A stretch of 64,000 nucleotides of DNA from an uncultured Enterobacteriaceae bacterium (GTDB taxonomy: Bacteria; Pseudomonadota; Gammaproteobacteria; Burkholderiales; SG8-39): positions 39,883-103,882 of the forward strand of contig CAZNVH010000015.1 of NCBI GenBank assembly GCA_964576525.1. The letters run 5' to 3'. Numbering within the stretch: the first letter of the stretch is position 1; each line of letters starts with the position of its first letter. Below the pieces are notes generated by a model. The model saw only the letters and a list, made by a program, of their open reading frames with translations. It had not been told where the DNA came from and searched no databases. The translations under genes and the position numbers were made by a program. This document shows, piece after piece, positions 1-11,187 of this stretch.

Positions 1-1008
1 GTAGAACTCGATGGCGCGCGCCTCGCGGTCCTGCTCCTTGATGGCGAGGCCCATGGCGACGCGCATGAAGAACGCCTGCGGCAGCTCGATCCTCTGCCCG
101 TCGCTGTGCAGGAAATAGCGGTCGTACAGCGTCTGCAGCCCGAGGTAGCCGAACTGCAGGTCGCGCTGCGCCTTCAGCGCCTTGCCCAGGCGGGCAAGAT
201 CGAAGCGCGCCAGCTCCGGATCCAGCAGCTCGGCGGCGATGCCGCGATCGATGAACGCCGCGAAATAGGCGGCGTAGCGCGTCTCCATGTCGGCCTGGGT
301 GGCCGGGTCGCCGAGCACCTCGAGCCGGATGATGTCGAGCAGCAGCCGCGCCGTGACGTAGCTGTAGGCCGGGTCCTTCTCGATCAGCGCGCGCGCCGCG
401 AGCACCGCCGACTTGCGCACCTCTTCCATCGGCACGCCGTCGTACAGGTCGCGCAGCGTCGCCTCGACGATGCCGTCGGGCGCGGCGTCGGCCAGGCCTT
501 CGCAGGCCGCCGCCACCAGGCGCTGCAGGCGCTCGCGGTCGAGCGGCTTGCGCTGCCCCTGCTCGATCACAGTGATCCCGCCCTCGGTCTTCTTTGCCGC
601 CTTTTCCGCCGCACGCGCCTTGGTGCGCTCTTCGCGGTACAGCACGTAAGCGCGCGCCACGTCGTGCTCGCCCGAGCGCATCAGCGCGAGCTCGACCTGG
701 TCCTGGATGTCCTCGATGTGGAAGGTGCCGCCCTGGGGCTGGCGGCGCAGCAGCGCCGCCACCACCGCGTCGCTCAGCCCGGCCACCAGCTCGCGGATGC
801 GCGCCGAGCCGGCGCCCTGGCTGCCGTTGACCGCCAGGAACGCCTTGGTCACCGCCACCGAGATCTTGCCGGGCTCGAAGCCGACCACGGCGCCGTTGCG
901 GCGGATGGTCTGGTACTCGGAATACGGGTTGCGGGCGGCGGCGGCGGACTCAGGAACGGCGCCACCCAGGCTGGGGGCGGCGGCGGCGTTCTCCTGAGCG
1001 ATCTGCAT
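1..1008 (-). CDS. nrdA: Ribonucleoside-diphosphate reductase alpha subunit (class Ia), N-terminal 336 codons; runs off left edge
   Basis: Absent from the ORF track because it has no in-window stop. Reverse complement from ATG at 1008 reads MQIAQENAAAAPSLGG...YSEYQTIRRNGAVVGFEPGKISVAVTKAF...LQTLYDRYFLHSDGQRIELPQAFFMRVAMGLAIKEQDREARAIEFY and stays open to nt 1. Listed + ORF 106..1071 is its Arg/Ala-rich antisense shadow. Confidence 0.85.
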   Translation of the reverse strand, partial: MQIAQENAAAAPSLGGAVPESAAAARNPYSEYQTIRRNGAVVGFEPGKISVAVTKAFLAVNGSQGAGSARIRELVAGLSDAVVAALLRRQPQGGTFHIEDIQDQVELALMRSGEHDVARAYVLYREERTKARAAEKAAKKTEGGITVIEQGQRKPLDRERLQRLVAAACEGLADAAPDGIVEATLRDLYDGVPMEEVRKSAVLAARALIEKDPAYSYVTARLLLDIIRLEVLGDPATQADMETRYAAYFAAFIDRGIAAELLDPELARFDLARLGKALKAQRDLQFGYLGLQTLYDRYFLHSDGQRIELPQAFFMRVAMGLAIKEQDREARAIEFY

Positions 1009-1084
1009 GGTTCTGTCCCCCGTGTGGCTGTTTCCGGGACCGTCCGCCGCCTTGTGGTTGCGGTTTCGTGACGACCTCCCGTAC

Positions 1085-1108
1085 TACTTACAACATCTAG
1101 TGTAAGTA
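1085..1108. promoter_or_regulatory. Perfect 8-bp inverted repeat (TACTTACA-N8-TGTAAGTA) upstream of nrdA; NrdR-box-like
   Basis: Read directly. The core ACAACATCTAGTGT loosely resembles the NrdR box consensus acaCwAtATaTwGtgt, and it lies 77-100 nt upstream of the nrdA ATG. Confidence 0.3.
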
Positions 1109-1171
1109 CCGTGACCCAACACAATTAGCGGTACCAGCCTACCCGTGAAAAAAACTCTTGGCAAGCGCGGA

Positions 1172-1187
1172 CCACTAAATATCGGGT
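1172..1187. promoter_or_regulatory. Second NrdR-box-like 16-mer CCACTAAATATCGGGT
   Basis: About 12/16 match to the NrdR box consensus by eye, in the 270-nt nrdA/ampD intergenic region. Spacing to the first site (about 82 bp) is not the classical tandem spacing. Confidence 0.25.
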
Positions 1188-1278
1188 ACACCCCCCGCCG
1201 GAGGCCCAGATTTAGTAGTCTGAAAGGAAACGCCGCCGGGCCAATGCGGCGGTGCAGCGAAGCGCCCCGTTTAGGGGA

Positions 1279-1818
1279 TCAGGACTGCGCGAGGCGGGAG
1301 AGCAGCCGCGCCCAATCGAAGTGCGCGCCCGGATCGGTCTTGCGCCCGGGCGCCACCTCGCTGTGTGCGGCGATGTCCCGCAGCGGCAGCTTGGCGCGCA
1401 GCTTGCGCACCAGGCGCGCGAGCGCGGCGTACTGCCGCTGCGTGAAGGAATCCCGCTCGCTGCCCTCGAGCTCGACGCCGACCGAGAAGTCGTTGCAACG
1501 GCTGCGTCCACGCCAGGCCGAGGCCCCGGCATGCCAGGCGCGGCGCTCGACCGGCACGAACTGCACCACCTTGCCGTCGCGCCGCACCAGGAAGTGGGCG
1601 GACACTTTCAGGCCGGCGATCTCCCGGAAATAGGGATGCGCCGCCGGGTCGAGGCGATTGGTGAACAGCCGCTCGATCGCGTCGCCGCCGTACTTCCCGG
1701 GCGGCAGGCTGATCGAGTGCAGCACGAGGAGCGTGATGCGGCTGCCCGCCGGGCGCTCGTCGCAGTTCGGCGAGCGGACGATCCTCACCGGGTCAGCGGT
1801 CGTCTTCGCGGATGGCAA
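1279..1818 (-). CDS. ampD: 1,6-anhydro-N-acetylmuramyl-L-alanine amidase AmpD
   Basis: 179 aa with SPNCDERP, LLVLHSISLPPGKYGG, AHFLVRRDGKVVQFV and AWHAGAS..W motifs typical of AmpD/amidase_2. The start at 1818 is TTG (26-nt overlap with the pilR stop); an alternative GTG is at 1788. Confidence 0.85.
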   Translation of the reverse strand: MPSAKTTADPVRIVRSPNCDERPAGSRITLLVLHSISLPPGKYGGDAIERLFTNRLDPAAHPYFREIAGLKVSAHFLVRRDGKVVQFVPVERRAWHAGASAWRGRSRCNDFSVGVELEGSERDSFTQRQYAALARLVRKLRAKLPLRDIAAHSEVAPGRKTDPGAHFDWARLLSRLAQS

Positions 1819-3136
1819 GGCGCTGCATGCGGTAGCGCAACTGGCGGAAGGTAACCCCGAGCAGCTTGGCGGCCGCGGTGCGGTTGAAGCCGGTCTTGCC
1901 GAGCGCCTCGAGGATGCGCTCGCGTTCGACCTGGTCGAGGTAGTCGGGCAGCGGCCCGGCGGCGACGTCCGCTTCCGCCGCCGGCGCGGCGGCCGGCGCG
2001 AGGCGCAGGTCGTCGGGGCCGATCTCCTCGCCCGGCGACAGCGCCAGCGCGCGCTCGAGGATGTTCTCCAGCTCGCGCACGTTGCCGGGGAAGTCGTAGT
2101 CCAGCAGCTCCTCCAGCGCGTCGGCCGACAGGCGCGGCACCGCCGCCCCGCTCTGACGCGCGAGCCGCCCGATGATGATCGAGGCGAGCGTCGCGATGTC
2201 CTCGCGGCACTCGCGCAGCGGCGGCATCGGCAGCTCGATCACGTTCAGCCGGTAGAACAGGTCCTGGCGGAAGCGGCCGGCGGCGACCAGCTCGCCGAGC
2301 CGCTGGTGCGTGGCGCAGACGATGCGCACGTCGACCGGCTCCTCCTGCGTGGCGCCGACCTTGCGCACGCGCTTCTCCTGGATCGCGCGCAGCAGCTTGA
2401 CCTGCATGGCGAGCGACAGCTCGGCGACCTCGTCGAGGAACAGCGTGCCGCCGCTCGCCGCCTGGAAGAAGCCGTCGCGGTCATCAAGCGCGCCGGTGAA
2501 CGCGCCCTTCTTGTAGCCGAAGAACTCGCTCTCCATCAGGTTCTCGGGGATCGCGCCGCAGTTGACCGGGACGAAGGGCTGGGCGCGGCGCGCGCCCTTG
2601 CCGTGGATCAGGCGCGCGGCCAGCTCCTTGCCGCTACCCGACTCCCCCGAGATGTACACCGGCGCCTGGGTGCGCGCCAGCTTGGCGATCAGCTCGCGCA
2701 CCTGCGCGAGCGGCGCGCTTGAGCCGAGGAGCTGCTCGCCCTCCGGCGCCGGCGCCTCGGCGCGGTCCGGCAGCGACAGCGCGGATTTGACCAGGGCGCG
2801 CAGCTGCTCCAGCCCGACCGGCTTGGAGACGTAGTCGAAGGCGCCCGCCTTGAGCGCCGCGACCGCGTTCTCGGCGCTGCCGTAGGCGGTGATCACCGCC
2901 ACCGGCAGGTCCAGGCCGAGCGCGGCGATGTGGCGCACCAGCTCCAGGCCCTCGCCGTCGCCCAGGCGCATGTCGGTGAGGCACAGGTCGTAGCGCTCGG
3001 CGCGCAGGCGCTCCTTCGCCTCGGCGATCGAGCCCACCGACTCCACGTCCAGCCCCATCTTGACCAGGGTCAGCTCGAGCAGCTCGAGAATGTCGGGCTC
3101 GTCGTCCACCACCAGCACCTGGGCGACGCGCCTCAT
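1793..3136 (-). CDS. pilR: Sigma-54-dependent Fis-family response regulator (PilR-like)
   Basis: 447 aa re-trimmed from the 944-aa listed ORF, starting MRRVAQVLVVDDEPD. It has a receiver domain, the AAA+ motifs GESGSGKE and ESEFFGYKKGAFTG, and a C-terminal Fis HTH. Its ATG overlaps the pilS TGA (ATGA at 3133-3136). Confidence 0.8.
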   Translation of the reverse strand: MRRVAQVLVVDDEPDILELLELTLVKMGLDVESVGSIAEAKERLRAERYDLCLTDMRLGDGEGLELVRHIAALGLDLPVAVITAYGSAENAVAALKAGAFDYVSKPVGLEQLRALVKSALSLPDRAEAPAPEGEQLLGSSAPLAQVRELIAKLARTQAPVYISGESGSGKELAARLIHGKGARRAQPFVPVNCGAIPENLMESEFFGYKKGAFTGALDDRDGFFQAASGGTLFLDEVAELSLAMQVKLLRAIQEKRVRKVGATQEEPVDVRIVCATHQRLGELVAAGRFRQDLFYRLNVIELPMPPLRECREDIATLASIIIGRLARQSGAAVPRLSADALEELLDYDFPGNVRELENILERALALSPGEEIGPDDLRLAPAAAPAAEADVAAGPLPDYLDQVERERILEALGKTGFNRTAAAKLLGVTFRQLRYRMQRLAIREDDR

Positions 3137-4686
3137 GCGGCGCGCGCCTGCCGGCAGACGACGCGGAAATGCGCCCCCGGCGTGTCGTCGACGTACTCGA
3201 GGCTGGCGCGGTTGGCGCTGCACAGCTCGCGCGCCAGGTACAGCCCGAGCCCGGTGCCCTTCGCCTCGGTGGTGAAGAAAGGCTCGAACAGCTGGCCCTG
3301 GATCGTCTCGGGCACGCCCGGCCCGTTGTCGATCACCGAGAGCTCGACGCGGTCGGCGTAGCCGCCGAGCGCGATGCGCACGCTGCGCGGCTCGGTGCGC
3401 GCGTAGCGCACCGCGTTGCGCAGCAGGTTCCACATCACCTGGTGCAGGTGCTCGCGGTCGAACTCGACCCAGGCCTCGCGCACCGCCTCGAGCGCGAAGC
3501 GCTCGCGCGGCAACGATTCGTTGGCGACGAACTCGGCGACGAAACCGTCGAGCCAGGGCTGCAGGCGCAGCGGCGCCGCCGAAACGCGGTCGCGCCGGTT
3601 GAGCTGCAGCACGTCGGACACCAGGCGGTCGAGGCGCCTGGCGTTGTCGTTGACGATGCGCGTCAGGCGCTCGCGGTCCTCGCCGCGCGCCTCCTCGCGC
3701 AGCAGCTCGGCCGCGTGGCTGATGGCGGCCAGCGGGTTGCGGATCTCGTGCGCGATGTTGGCGGTCAGGCGCCCGAGCGCGGCCAGCTTGAGCTGCTGCG
3801 CCTGCTCGCGCGCGCGCGTCGTGTCCTCGACCAGCAGCACGGTGAAGTCCTCGCTGGCGTGGCTGTCGAGGGGGTGCAGCCGGATGTCGCGGCCGTGGAC
3901 CTCGAGGTCGGCGCTGCCGGCGAAGCCCGGCGCGAAGCGCTCGATGCTCTCGCCCAGCAGGCTGGCGGCGCCGAGCAGGTGCTGCGCCTGCGGATTGTGC
4001 TGCACCACGCGGCCGCGGCGGTCGAGCACCAGCACGCCGTCGTGCATCTCCTCGATGACCAGCTGGTTGACGCGGGTCTGCATCGCCAGCTCGCGCCCGC
4101 GCTGGCGCGCCAGGCGCTCGTTCGCCGCCACGCGCTGCGCCAGCCAGCTGGTGACGCCGCCGGTGGCGAAGCAGCCGATGGCGAGCAGCCCGGGTTGCAG
4201 GAAGGTGGCGGTCGGCGCGTCGTGCTCCAGCACCCAGTAGCATTGCTCGAGCAGCAGCGCGATGGCGGCGATCGCCGCGTACAGGAAGGTCAGGCGCCGC
4301 GGCGCCACGATGGCGGCGCCGGTGAGCGAAATCAGCAGCATCACGCCCAGGCCGCTGCGCATGCCGCCGCTCGCCGACATCAGCAGCGTGATCGCGATGA
4401 TGTCGAGGCCGGTGTGCAGGGACAGCTGCAGCTCGAAGCGGTCGCGCAGGTCGCGCAACACACCCTGGAACACCGCGCCGACGAACAGATAGCCCGCGGC
4501 GACGTAGCGGAACAACGCCAGGTTGTGCGTGCCGAGGTTGAGCGCGTCGTCGGTGACCAGCGTGATGCCGAGAAACAGCGCCGCCAGCGCCATGCGGTAC
4601 AGGTTGAAGTATTGCAGCGAAATCCACAGCGACTCCGGGATGCGCTCCTCGGGCGCGTGCTCGGGCCGGCGCAGCGCGGCGTCCAT
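3133..4686 (-). CDS. pilS: Sensor histidine kinase, PilS-like (multi-TM N-terminus, PAS, HisKA, HATPase_c)
   Basis: 517 aa from MDAALRRPEH. It has hydrophobic N-terminal helices (GGMRSGLGVMLLISL), the H-box LTANIAHEIRNPL and the ATPase motif DNGPGVP..FEPFFTTEAKGTGLGL. The listed start at 4860 adds an Arg-rich extension that overlaps the upstream gene. Confidence 0.8.
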   Translation of the reverse strand: MDAALRRPEHAPEERIPESLWISLQYFNLYRMALAALFLGITLVTDDALNLGTHNLALFRYVAAGYLFVGAVFQGVLRDLRDRFELQLSLHTGLDIIAITLLMSASGGMRSGLGVMLLISLTGAAIVAPRRLTFLYAAIAAIALLLEQCYWVLEHDAPTATFLQPGLLAIGCFATGGVTSWLAQRVAANERLARQRGRELAMQTRVNQLVIEEMHDGVLVLDRRGRVVQHNPQAQHLLGAASLLGESIERFAPGFAGSADLEVHGRDIRLHPLDSHASEDFTVLLVEDTTRAREQAQQLKLAALGRLTANIAHEIRNPLAAISHAAELLREEARGEDRERLTRIVNDNARRLDRLVSDVLQLNRRDRVSAAPLRLQPWLDGFVAEFVANESLPRERFALEAVREAWVEFDREHLHQVMWNLLRNAVRYARTEPRSVRIALGGYADRVELSVIDNGPGVPETIQGQLFEPFFTTEAKGTGLGLYLARELCSANRASLEYVDDTPGAHFRVVCRQARAA

Positions 4687-4904
4687 CAGCGCTCCGGCCC
4701 GAGGCGGGCGTGCTCGTCGCCGCAGTACTGGCGCCCGTCGGCCTGGCGCGCCTCGGCGCGCGGCAGGTGCACGCCGCAGCGCGCGCAGCTCACCAGGTCG
4801 CCCTCGAGCGGCGGCGGGGCGGCGGGCGGCTTGCCGCGCAGCGCCCGCCGGATCAGCCACACGGCGAGCACCGCGAGGACTACCAGGACCAGAAGCCGGG
4901 TCAT
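4686..4904 (-). CDS. Small membrane-anchored zinc-ribbon protein (PP0621-family-like)
   Basis: 72 aa with an N-terminal TM helix (LLVLVVLAVLAVWLI) and a C-terminal CARCGVHLP...YCGDEH Cys/His motif. Its stop shares one nt with the pilS ATG (TGATG). Confidence 0.6.
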   Translation of the reverse strand: MTRLLVLVVLAVLAVWLIRRALRGKPPAAPPPLEGDLVSCARCGVHLPRAEARQADGRQYCGDEHARLGPER

Positions 4905-4959
4905 CGCGCGATTATCCTACCGACGACGGGTGGGGGTGGTTCGACTGCAGGCGGGGGAG

Positions 4960-5036
4960 TGGTCGGGGCGACTGGATTTGAACCAGCGACACCTGCGTCC
5001 CGAACGCAGTACTCTACCAGGCTGAGCTACGCCCCG
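4960..5036 (-). tRNA. tRNA-Pro (anticodon CGG)
   Basis: Reverse complement is CGGGGCGTAGCTCAGCCTGGTAGAGTACTGCGTTCGGGACGCAGGTGTCGCTGGTTCAAATCCAGTCGCCCCGACCA. It folds as a cloverleaf with anticodon loop TTCGGGA and an encoded CCA. Confidence 0.93.
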
Positions 5037-5071
5037 ACCGGGGCCGATTCTGCGAACCAGCTGCAAGAATC

Positions 5072-6037
5072 CTAGCTGCTGCGGGTCACGGAAAAGGACG
5101 CCAATTCTAGCAAAGATTGCTTGAATTCCGACCCCGGCAGCGGCGCCACGGCGCGCGCCGCCGCCTCGGCCTCGCCCTGCGCCGCGGCGCGCGCGTAGTC
5201 GAGCGCGCCGCAGGCGCGGATCGCCTCCAGCACGCCGGCGAAATCCTCCCGCCCGCCATCGCGGATCGCGCGGCGCACCAGATCGGCCTGCGCGCTCGAG
5301 CCGCTGCGCATGGCATAGATCAGCGGCAGCGTCGGCTTGCCTTCGGCGAGGTCGTCGCCCAGGTTCTTGCCGATCTCGGCGGTGTCGGCCGAGTAGTCGA
5401 GCACGTCGTCGATCAGCTGGAACGCGGTGCCGACGTGCCGGCCGTATTCCGCCAGGTTTTCCTCCAGACCAGCTTTTCCCGAAAGAACGGCGCCGAGCCG
5501 CGCCGCGGCCTCGAACAGCTTCGCGGTCTTGCGCCGGATCACCTCCAGGTAGCGCGCCTCGTCGACCCCGGGATCGTGGCTGCCGATGAGCTGCAGCACC
5601 TCGCCCGCGGCGATGGTGTTGGTCGCCTCCGCCAGCACCTGCATCACCCGCATGTCGCCGACCTCGACCATCATCTGGAAGGCGCGCGAGTAGAGGAAGT
5701 CGCCGACCAGCACCGCCGCCGCGTTGCCGAAGGCGGCGTTGGCGGTCTCGCGCCCGCGGCGCAGCCCGGAGGCGTCGACGACGTCGTCGTGCAGCAGCGT
5801 GGCGGTATGGATGAACTCGATCACCGCGGCGAGGGCGATGCGCTGCTCGCCGCGGTAGCCGGTGGCGCCGCACGCAAGCAGCACCAGGGCGGGCCGCAGC
5901 CGCTTGCCGCCGGACGCGACCAGGTATTCGGCCACCTGGCGCACCAGCGCCACGTCCGAATCCAGGCGGCTGCGGATCAGCGCGTCCACGCGCTGCAAGT
6001 CCGCCGCGACCGGTGATAGCGTGGACAGCAAACTCAT
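5072..6037 (-). CDS. ispB: Octaprenyl-diphosphate synthase
   Basis: 321 aa from [14 protein letters not shown], with the polyprenyl synthase DDxxD motifs LLHDDVVD and QLIDDVLD. The listed 442-aa ORF carries a spurious N-terminal extension antisense to rplU. Confidence 0.9.
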   Translation of the reverse strand: MSLLSTLSPVAADLQRVDALIRSRLDSDVALVRQVAEYLVASGGKRLRPALVLLACGATGYRGEQRIALAAVIEFIHTATLLHDDVVDASGLRRGRETANAAFGNAAAVLVGDFLYSRAFQMMVEVGDMRVMQVLAEATNTIAAGEVLQLIGSHDPGVDEARYLEVIRRKTAKLFEAAARLGAVLSGKAGLEENLAEYGRHVGTAFQLIDDVLDYSADTAEIGKNLGDDLAEGKPTLPLIYAMRSGSSAQADLVRRAIRDGGREDFAGVLEAIRACGALDYARAAAQGEAEAAARAVAPLPGSEFKQSLLELASFSVTRSS

Positions 6038-6051
6038 GATTCGCTTATAAT
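6022..6051 (+). promoter_or_regulatory. Putative sigma-70 promoter of rplU-rpmA(-obg-proB)
   Basis: TGGACA (6022-6027), an 18-nt spacer, then TATAAT (6046-6051), ending 31 nt upstream of the rplU ATG. Confidence 0.4.
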
Positions 6052-6082
6052 TCCAAGTCTTTTCGGACGCAAGGCAATTCCA

Positions 6083-6394
6083 ATGTACGCGGTCATCAAA
6101 TCGGGCGGGAAGCAATACCGTGTCGAATCGGGCGCGCAGTTGCGCGTCGAGGCGCTGGTCGCCGAAGTCGGCGCCACGGTCGCCTTCGACGAAGTGCTGC
6201 TGGTCGGCTCGGGCGATGCGGTGAAGGTCGGCGCGCCGCTGGTGTCGGGCGCGAAGGTCAAGGCCACGGTGCTCGCCCACGGGCGCGGCGACAAGGTGAA
6301 GATCTTCAAGCTGCGCCGGCGCAAGCACCACCAGAAATCGCAGGGCCATCGGCAGTCGTACACCGAGGTCCGCATCGACGACATTCAAGGCTAA
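6083..6394 (+). CDS. rplU: 50S ribosomal protein L21
   Basis: [14 protein letters not shown]...[26 protein letters not shown], a canonical L21 sequence. Confidence 0.95.
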   Translation: MYAVIKSGGKQYRVESGAQLRVEALVAEVGATVAFDEVLLVGSGDAVKVGAPLVSGAKVKATVLAHGRGDKVKIFKLRRRKHHQKSQGHRQSYTEVRIDDIQG

Positions 6395-6412
6395 AGGCAC
6401 GGGCTAGGACTC

Positions 6413-6682
6413 ATGGCACACAAGAAAGCAGGCGGCAGCTCGCGCAACGGCCGCGATTCGCAGTCGAAGCGCCTGGGCGTGAAGGTCTACGGCGGCGAGC
6501 AGGTCAACGCCGGGCAGATCCTGGTGCGCCAGCGCGGCACGCGCGTGCATCCGGGCACCAACGTCGGCATCGGCCGCGACCACACGCTCTATGCGCGCGT
6601 CACCGGCCAGGTGCTGTACGCGGTGCGCGGCCAGGACCAGAAGAACACGGTCAGCGTAGTCGCGAAAAGTTCTCCGGCGTAA
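6413..6682 (+). CDS. rpmA: 50S ribosomal protein L27
   Basis: [29 protein letters not shown]..., a canonical L27 sequence. Confidence 0.95.
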   Translation: MAHKKAGGSSRNGRDSQSKRLGVKVYGGEQVNAGQILVRQRGTRVHPGTNVGIGRDHTLYARVTGQVLYAVRGQDQKNTVSVVAKSSPA

Positions 6683-6702
6683 GCCGGTCCTGACCAAAAC
6701 AG

Positions 6703-8839
<2,137 letters not shown>

Positions 8840-8847
8840 CAGCGCAA

Positions 8848-9378
8848 CTACATCCCCTGGTCCGGCGGCGGCGGCTGCATCCCGCGGCGGCGCAGCGCGC
8901 CGATGGCCTCGCCGGCGCTGGCGACGACCTGGCTCTGCGGACAGAAGAACTCGCGGTATAGCGCGTTGTGCCAGCGCTGCACGCTGCGTGCCTCGATCGT
9001 GTGCCACACGCCCGGCCTGCTGCCCCAGCGGCCGTCGCGCCCGACGGCGTAGAGGCGCACTTCGCGGGTGGCGCAGCGCATGCCCTCGTAGCTGACGTTC
9101 TGCGCGCCCTGGTCACTGCGCGCGACCAGCACGTAGTGCACGACGCCGCCGGCGACGGTGAGGGTGGCGGCATCGACGAAGAAGCGAAAGCCGCTGGTGG
9201 CCGCAACATAGAACTCCACGAGCGAGCGGCCGTCGGGATACGGCGGTGACGGCGGCACCGGCTGCTCCGGCAGCGGCAGGCGCTCCTCGCGCTCGCGCTC
9301 CCAGTCGCTCATCGGCGGGCGCGGCTGGCCGCAGGCCGCGGCCGCGACGCAGGCGAGGACCGCGAGGAGCCGCTTCAC
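8848..9378 (-). CDS. CNP1-like family lipoprotein
   Basis: 176 aa with the lipoprotein signal LAVLACVAAAACG. The body (FYVAATSGFRFFVDAATLTV..VHYVLVARSDQGAQNVSYEGMRC) resembles the CNP1-like family often found next to proB. GTG start overlaps the upstream stop (GTGA). Confidence 0.55.
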   Translation of the reverse strand: MKRLLAVLACVAAAACGQPRPPMSDWEREREERLPLPEQPVPPSPPYPDGRSLVEFYVAATSGFRFFVDAATLTVAGGVVHYVLVARSDQGAQNVSYEGMRCATREVRLYAVGRDGRWGSRPGVWHTIEARSVQRWHNALYREFFCPQSQVVASAGEAIGALRRRGMQPPPPDQGM

Positions 9379-9878
9379 GCCAGGTCGGCGAGCAACGCGG
9401 CGCGCTGCTCGGGAGTCGGCTTGACCGCCGCGCGGTACTCGGCGTGGTCGGTGCCGATGCTCAGGCGGGCGCCACCGCGCAGGCGCTCGCGCATCGCCGC
9501 CGGCAGCTCGAAGCGCACAAAATGCACCGCCGCCGTCTTTTCCTCGTTCTCGCGCTCGAGGTCCTCGTCGGCGATGGCGTAGACGCGCCCGGCGCCCTCG
9601 ACCTCGACCCAGGTGCGCCGCTCGATGCCCTTGAGGCGCGCCAGCATGCGCCGGCGCTCCTCGACCTCCGGGTACTCGATGAACAGGGTCGCCTTCCAGT
9701 TGCCGCCGTCGGGGAGCAGCGGGTTGTAGACGTCGAGCTCGCCCTGGATGCCGCTCTCCTCGAAGATGCGCTCGATGCGCAGCATCTCCTGGACCTGGTA
9801 GCGGATCAGCAGCTCGTCCTCGAATTGCAGGGTGAGGTGCTCGCCGACATGCAGCGTGCGGCGCTTCTTGTGCTCCAT
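9375..9878 (-). CDS. DUF3501-family protein
   Basis: 167 aa, acidic. LTLQFEDELLIRYQVQEMLRIERIF...ATLFIEYPEVEERRRML is recalled as DUF3501-like. Function unknown. Confidence 0.5.
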   Translation of the reverse strand: MEHKKRRTLHVGEHLTLQFEDELLIRYQVQEMLRIERIFEESGIQGELDVYNPLLPDGGNWKATLFIEYPEVEERRRMLARLKGIERRTWVEVEGAGRVYAIADEDLERENEEKTAAVHFVRFELPAAMRERLRGGARLSIGTDHAEYRAAVKPTPEQRAALLADLA

Positions 9879-9946
9879 GACGCGCGCGCGGAAGGCGTCG
9901 CGCTGGCGCGCGTAGGCCTCGAGCGACAGCAGGCTTTCCCGGGTGA

Positions 9947-10573
9947 TCAGCGGATCGCCGCCTCGATCTCGGAGAAGGTGCGCGCCACCTCGCCGCCCGC
10001 CGGCAGCGCGACGCCGAGCTGGCGCGCGATCTGCGAGATCGAGAAGATGCCGCGCACCATGCTGCGCCGCGACGGCCGCTCGAGCGGCCGGCCGGCCGGG
10101 ATCTCGTCGAAGTCGACCACCAGCGCGTGCTGGCGCCCGGCGCGGCGCAACGTCTCCAGGACGTGGCCGACGCGCGCGCCCTCGACGTCGGCGAGCGCGA
10201 TCACCTCGACGCGCGAGGCCGGCGTCATGACGTCGGCAACGGTGAGCTCGTCGCGCCTCAGGCCGCGCTCGGTCGCGGCGAGCATCGGCCGCTCGCCGAG
10301 GATGTCGGTGGCGGTGATCACGCCGACCACGTTCTCGTGGTCGTCGACCGCGAGCAGCAGGCGCACGCCGCGCGTGATCATGAACTGGTTGGCGCCGCTG
10401 AGCGGCGCCTGCGGCCGGATGGTCGCCGGGCTGACCCGCGCCAGGTCGGTCATCACCTGCAGGGCCGGCGACTCGGGGGTCACGCGCGCCGCGGGCGGCG
10501 GCTGCGTCGGGCGGCGAAAGCCCGCCGCAGCGCCAAGCTCTCGGATCGGCAGCGCTTGATAGTTGCGTTCCAT
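9947..10573 (-). CDS. CBS-domain protein
   Basis: 208 aa from MERNYQALPI with a tandem CBS-like region (VMTDLARV..LLAVDDHENVVGVITATDILG; VADVMTPASRVEV..HALVVD). The listed start at 10639 would overlap rppH. Confidence 0.65.
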   Translation of the reverse strand: MERNYQALPIRELGAAAGFRRPTQPPPAARVTPESPALQVMTDLARVSPATIRPQAPLSGANQFMITRGVRLLLAVDDHENVVGVITATDILGERPMLAATERGLRRDELTVADVMTPASRVEVIALADVEGARVGHVLETLRRAGRQHALVVDFDEIPAGRPLERPSRRSMVRGIFSISQIARQLGVALPAGGEVARTFSEIEAAIR

Positions 10574-10583
10574 GGTCCCCCCG

Positions 10584-11111
10584 TCAGCCGAGCGCGGCCG
10601 GCTGCGCCGCGCCTGCGGCGCCGCGGCGGTCGGCGGCAAGATAGCGGTGCAGCTCGGTGAGCGCCTGGCGGTAGACCTCGCGCTTGAAGTCGATCACCGT
10701 CTCGAGCGGCACCCAGTAGTCGTGCCAGCGCCACGCGTCGAACTCCGGATGGCCGCTGGCGCGCAGCTTGACGTCGCAGTCGCGCCCCACCAGGCGCAGC
10801 AGGTACCAGATCTGCTTCTGCCCGCGGTAGGGGCCGCCCTTGGCCTCCTTGGCGCGCCGCGCCCAGCGCTCGGGCACCTCGTAGCGCAGCCACTCGCGCG
10901 TGCGCCCGAGAATGCGCACGTGCGCGCGCCCCAGGCCGACCTCCTCCTCGAGCTCGCGGTACATCGCCTGCGAGGGGGTCTCGCCGGACTGGATGCCGCC
11001 CTGGGGAAACTGCCAAGCGTGCTGGTTCACCCGCTTGCCCCAGAACACCTCGTTGCCCTGGTTGGCGAGGATGATGCCGACGTTCGGCCGGTAGCCTTCC
11101 TTGTCGAGCAC
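10584..11111 (-). CDS. rppH: RNA pyrophosphohydrolase (Nudix)
   Basis: (GTG)[14 protein letters not shown]...[28 protein letters not shown] contains the Nudix box and matches the RppH/NudH N-terminus. Confidence 0.9.
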   Translation of the reverse strand: MLDKEGYRPNVGIILANQGNEVFWGKRVNQHAWQFPQGGIQSGETPSQAMYRELEEEVGLGRAHVRILGRTREWLRYEVPERWARRAKEAKGGPYRGQKQIWYLLRLVGRDCDVKLRASGHPEFDAWRWHDYWVPLETVIDFKREVYRQALTELHRYLAADRRGAAGAAQPAALG

Positions 11112-11187
11112 CGCAGCACCGCCTTAAGTTAGAATCCCTGACGATTTTTCCACACCGCATCGACAAACACAACGGCGGTGCGGCCCC

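Noticed and set aside
1793-4627. 944-aa ORF suggesting a giant fused regulator
   Set aside because: The N-terminal 497 residues are an out-of-frame read through pilS (Arg/Ala/Pro-rich). The true pilR starts at 3136 with the receiver-domain sequence and an ATGA overlap with pilS.
5072-6400. 442-aa version of ispB extending over rplU
   Set aside because: The extension is antisense to the canonical L21 gene. The ATG at 6037 gives the normal 321-aa IspB N-terminus.
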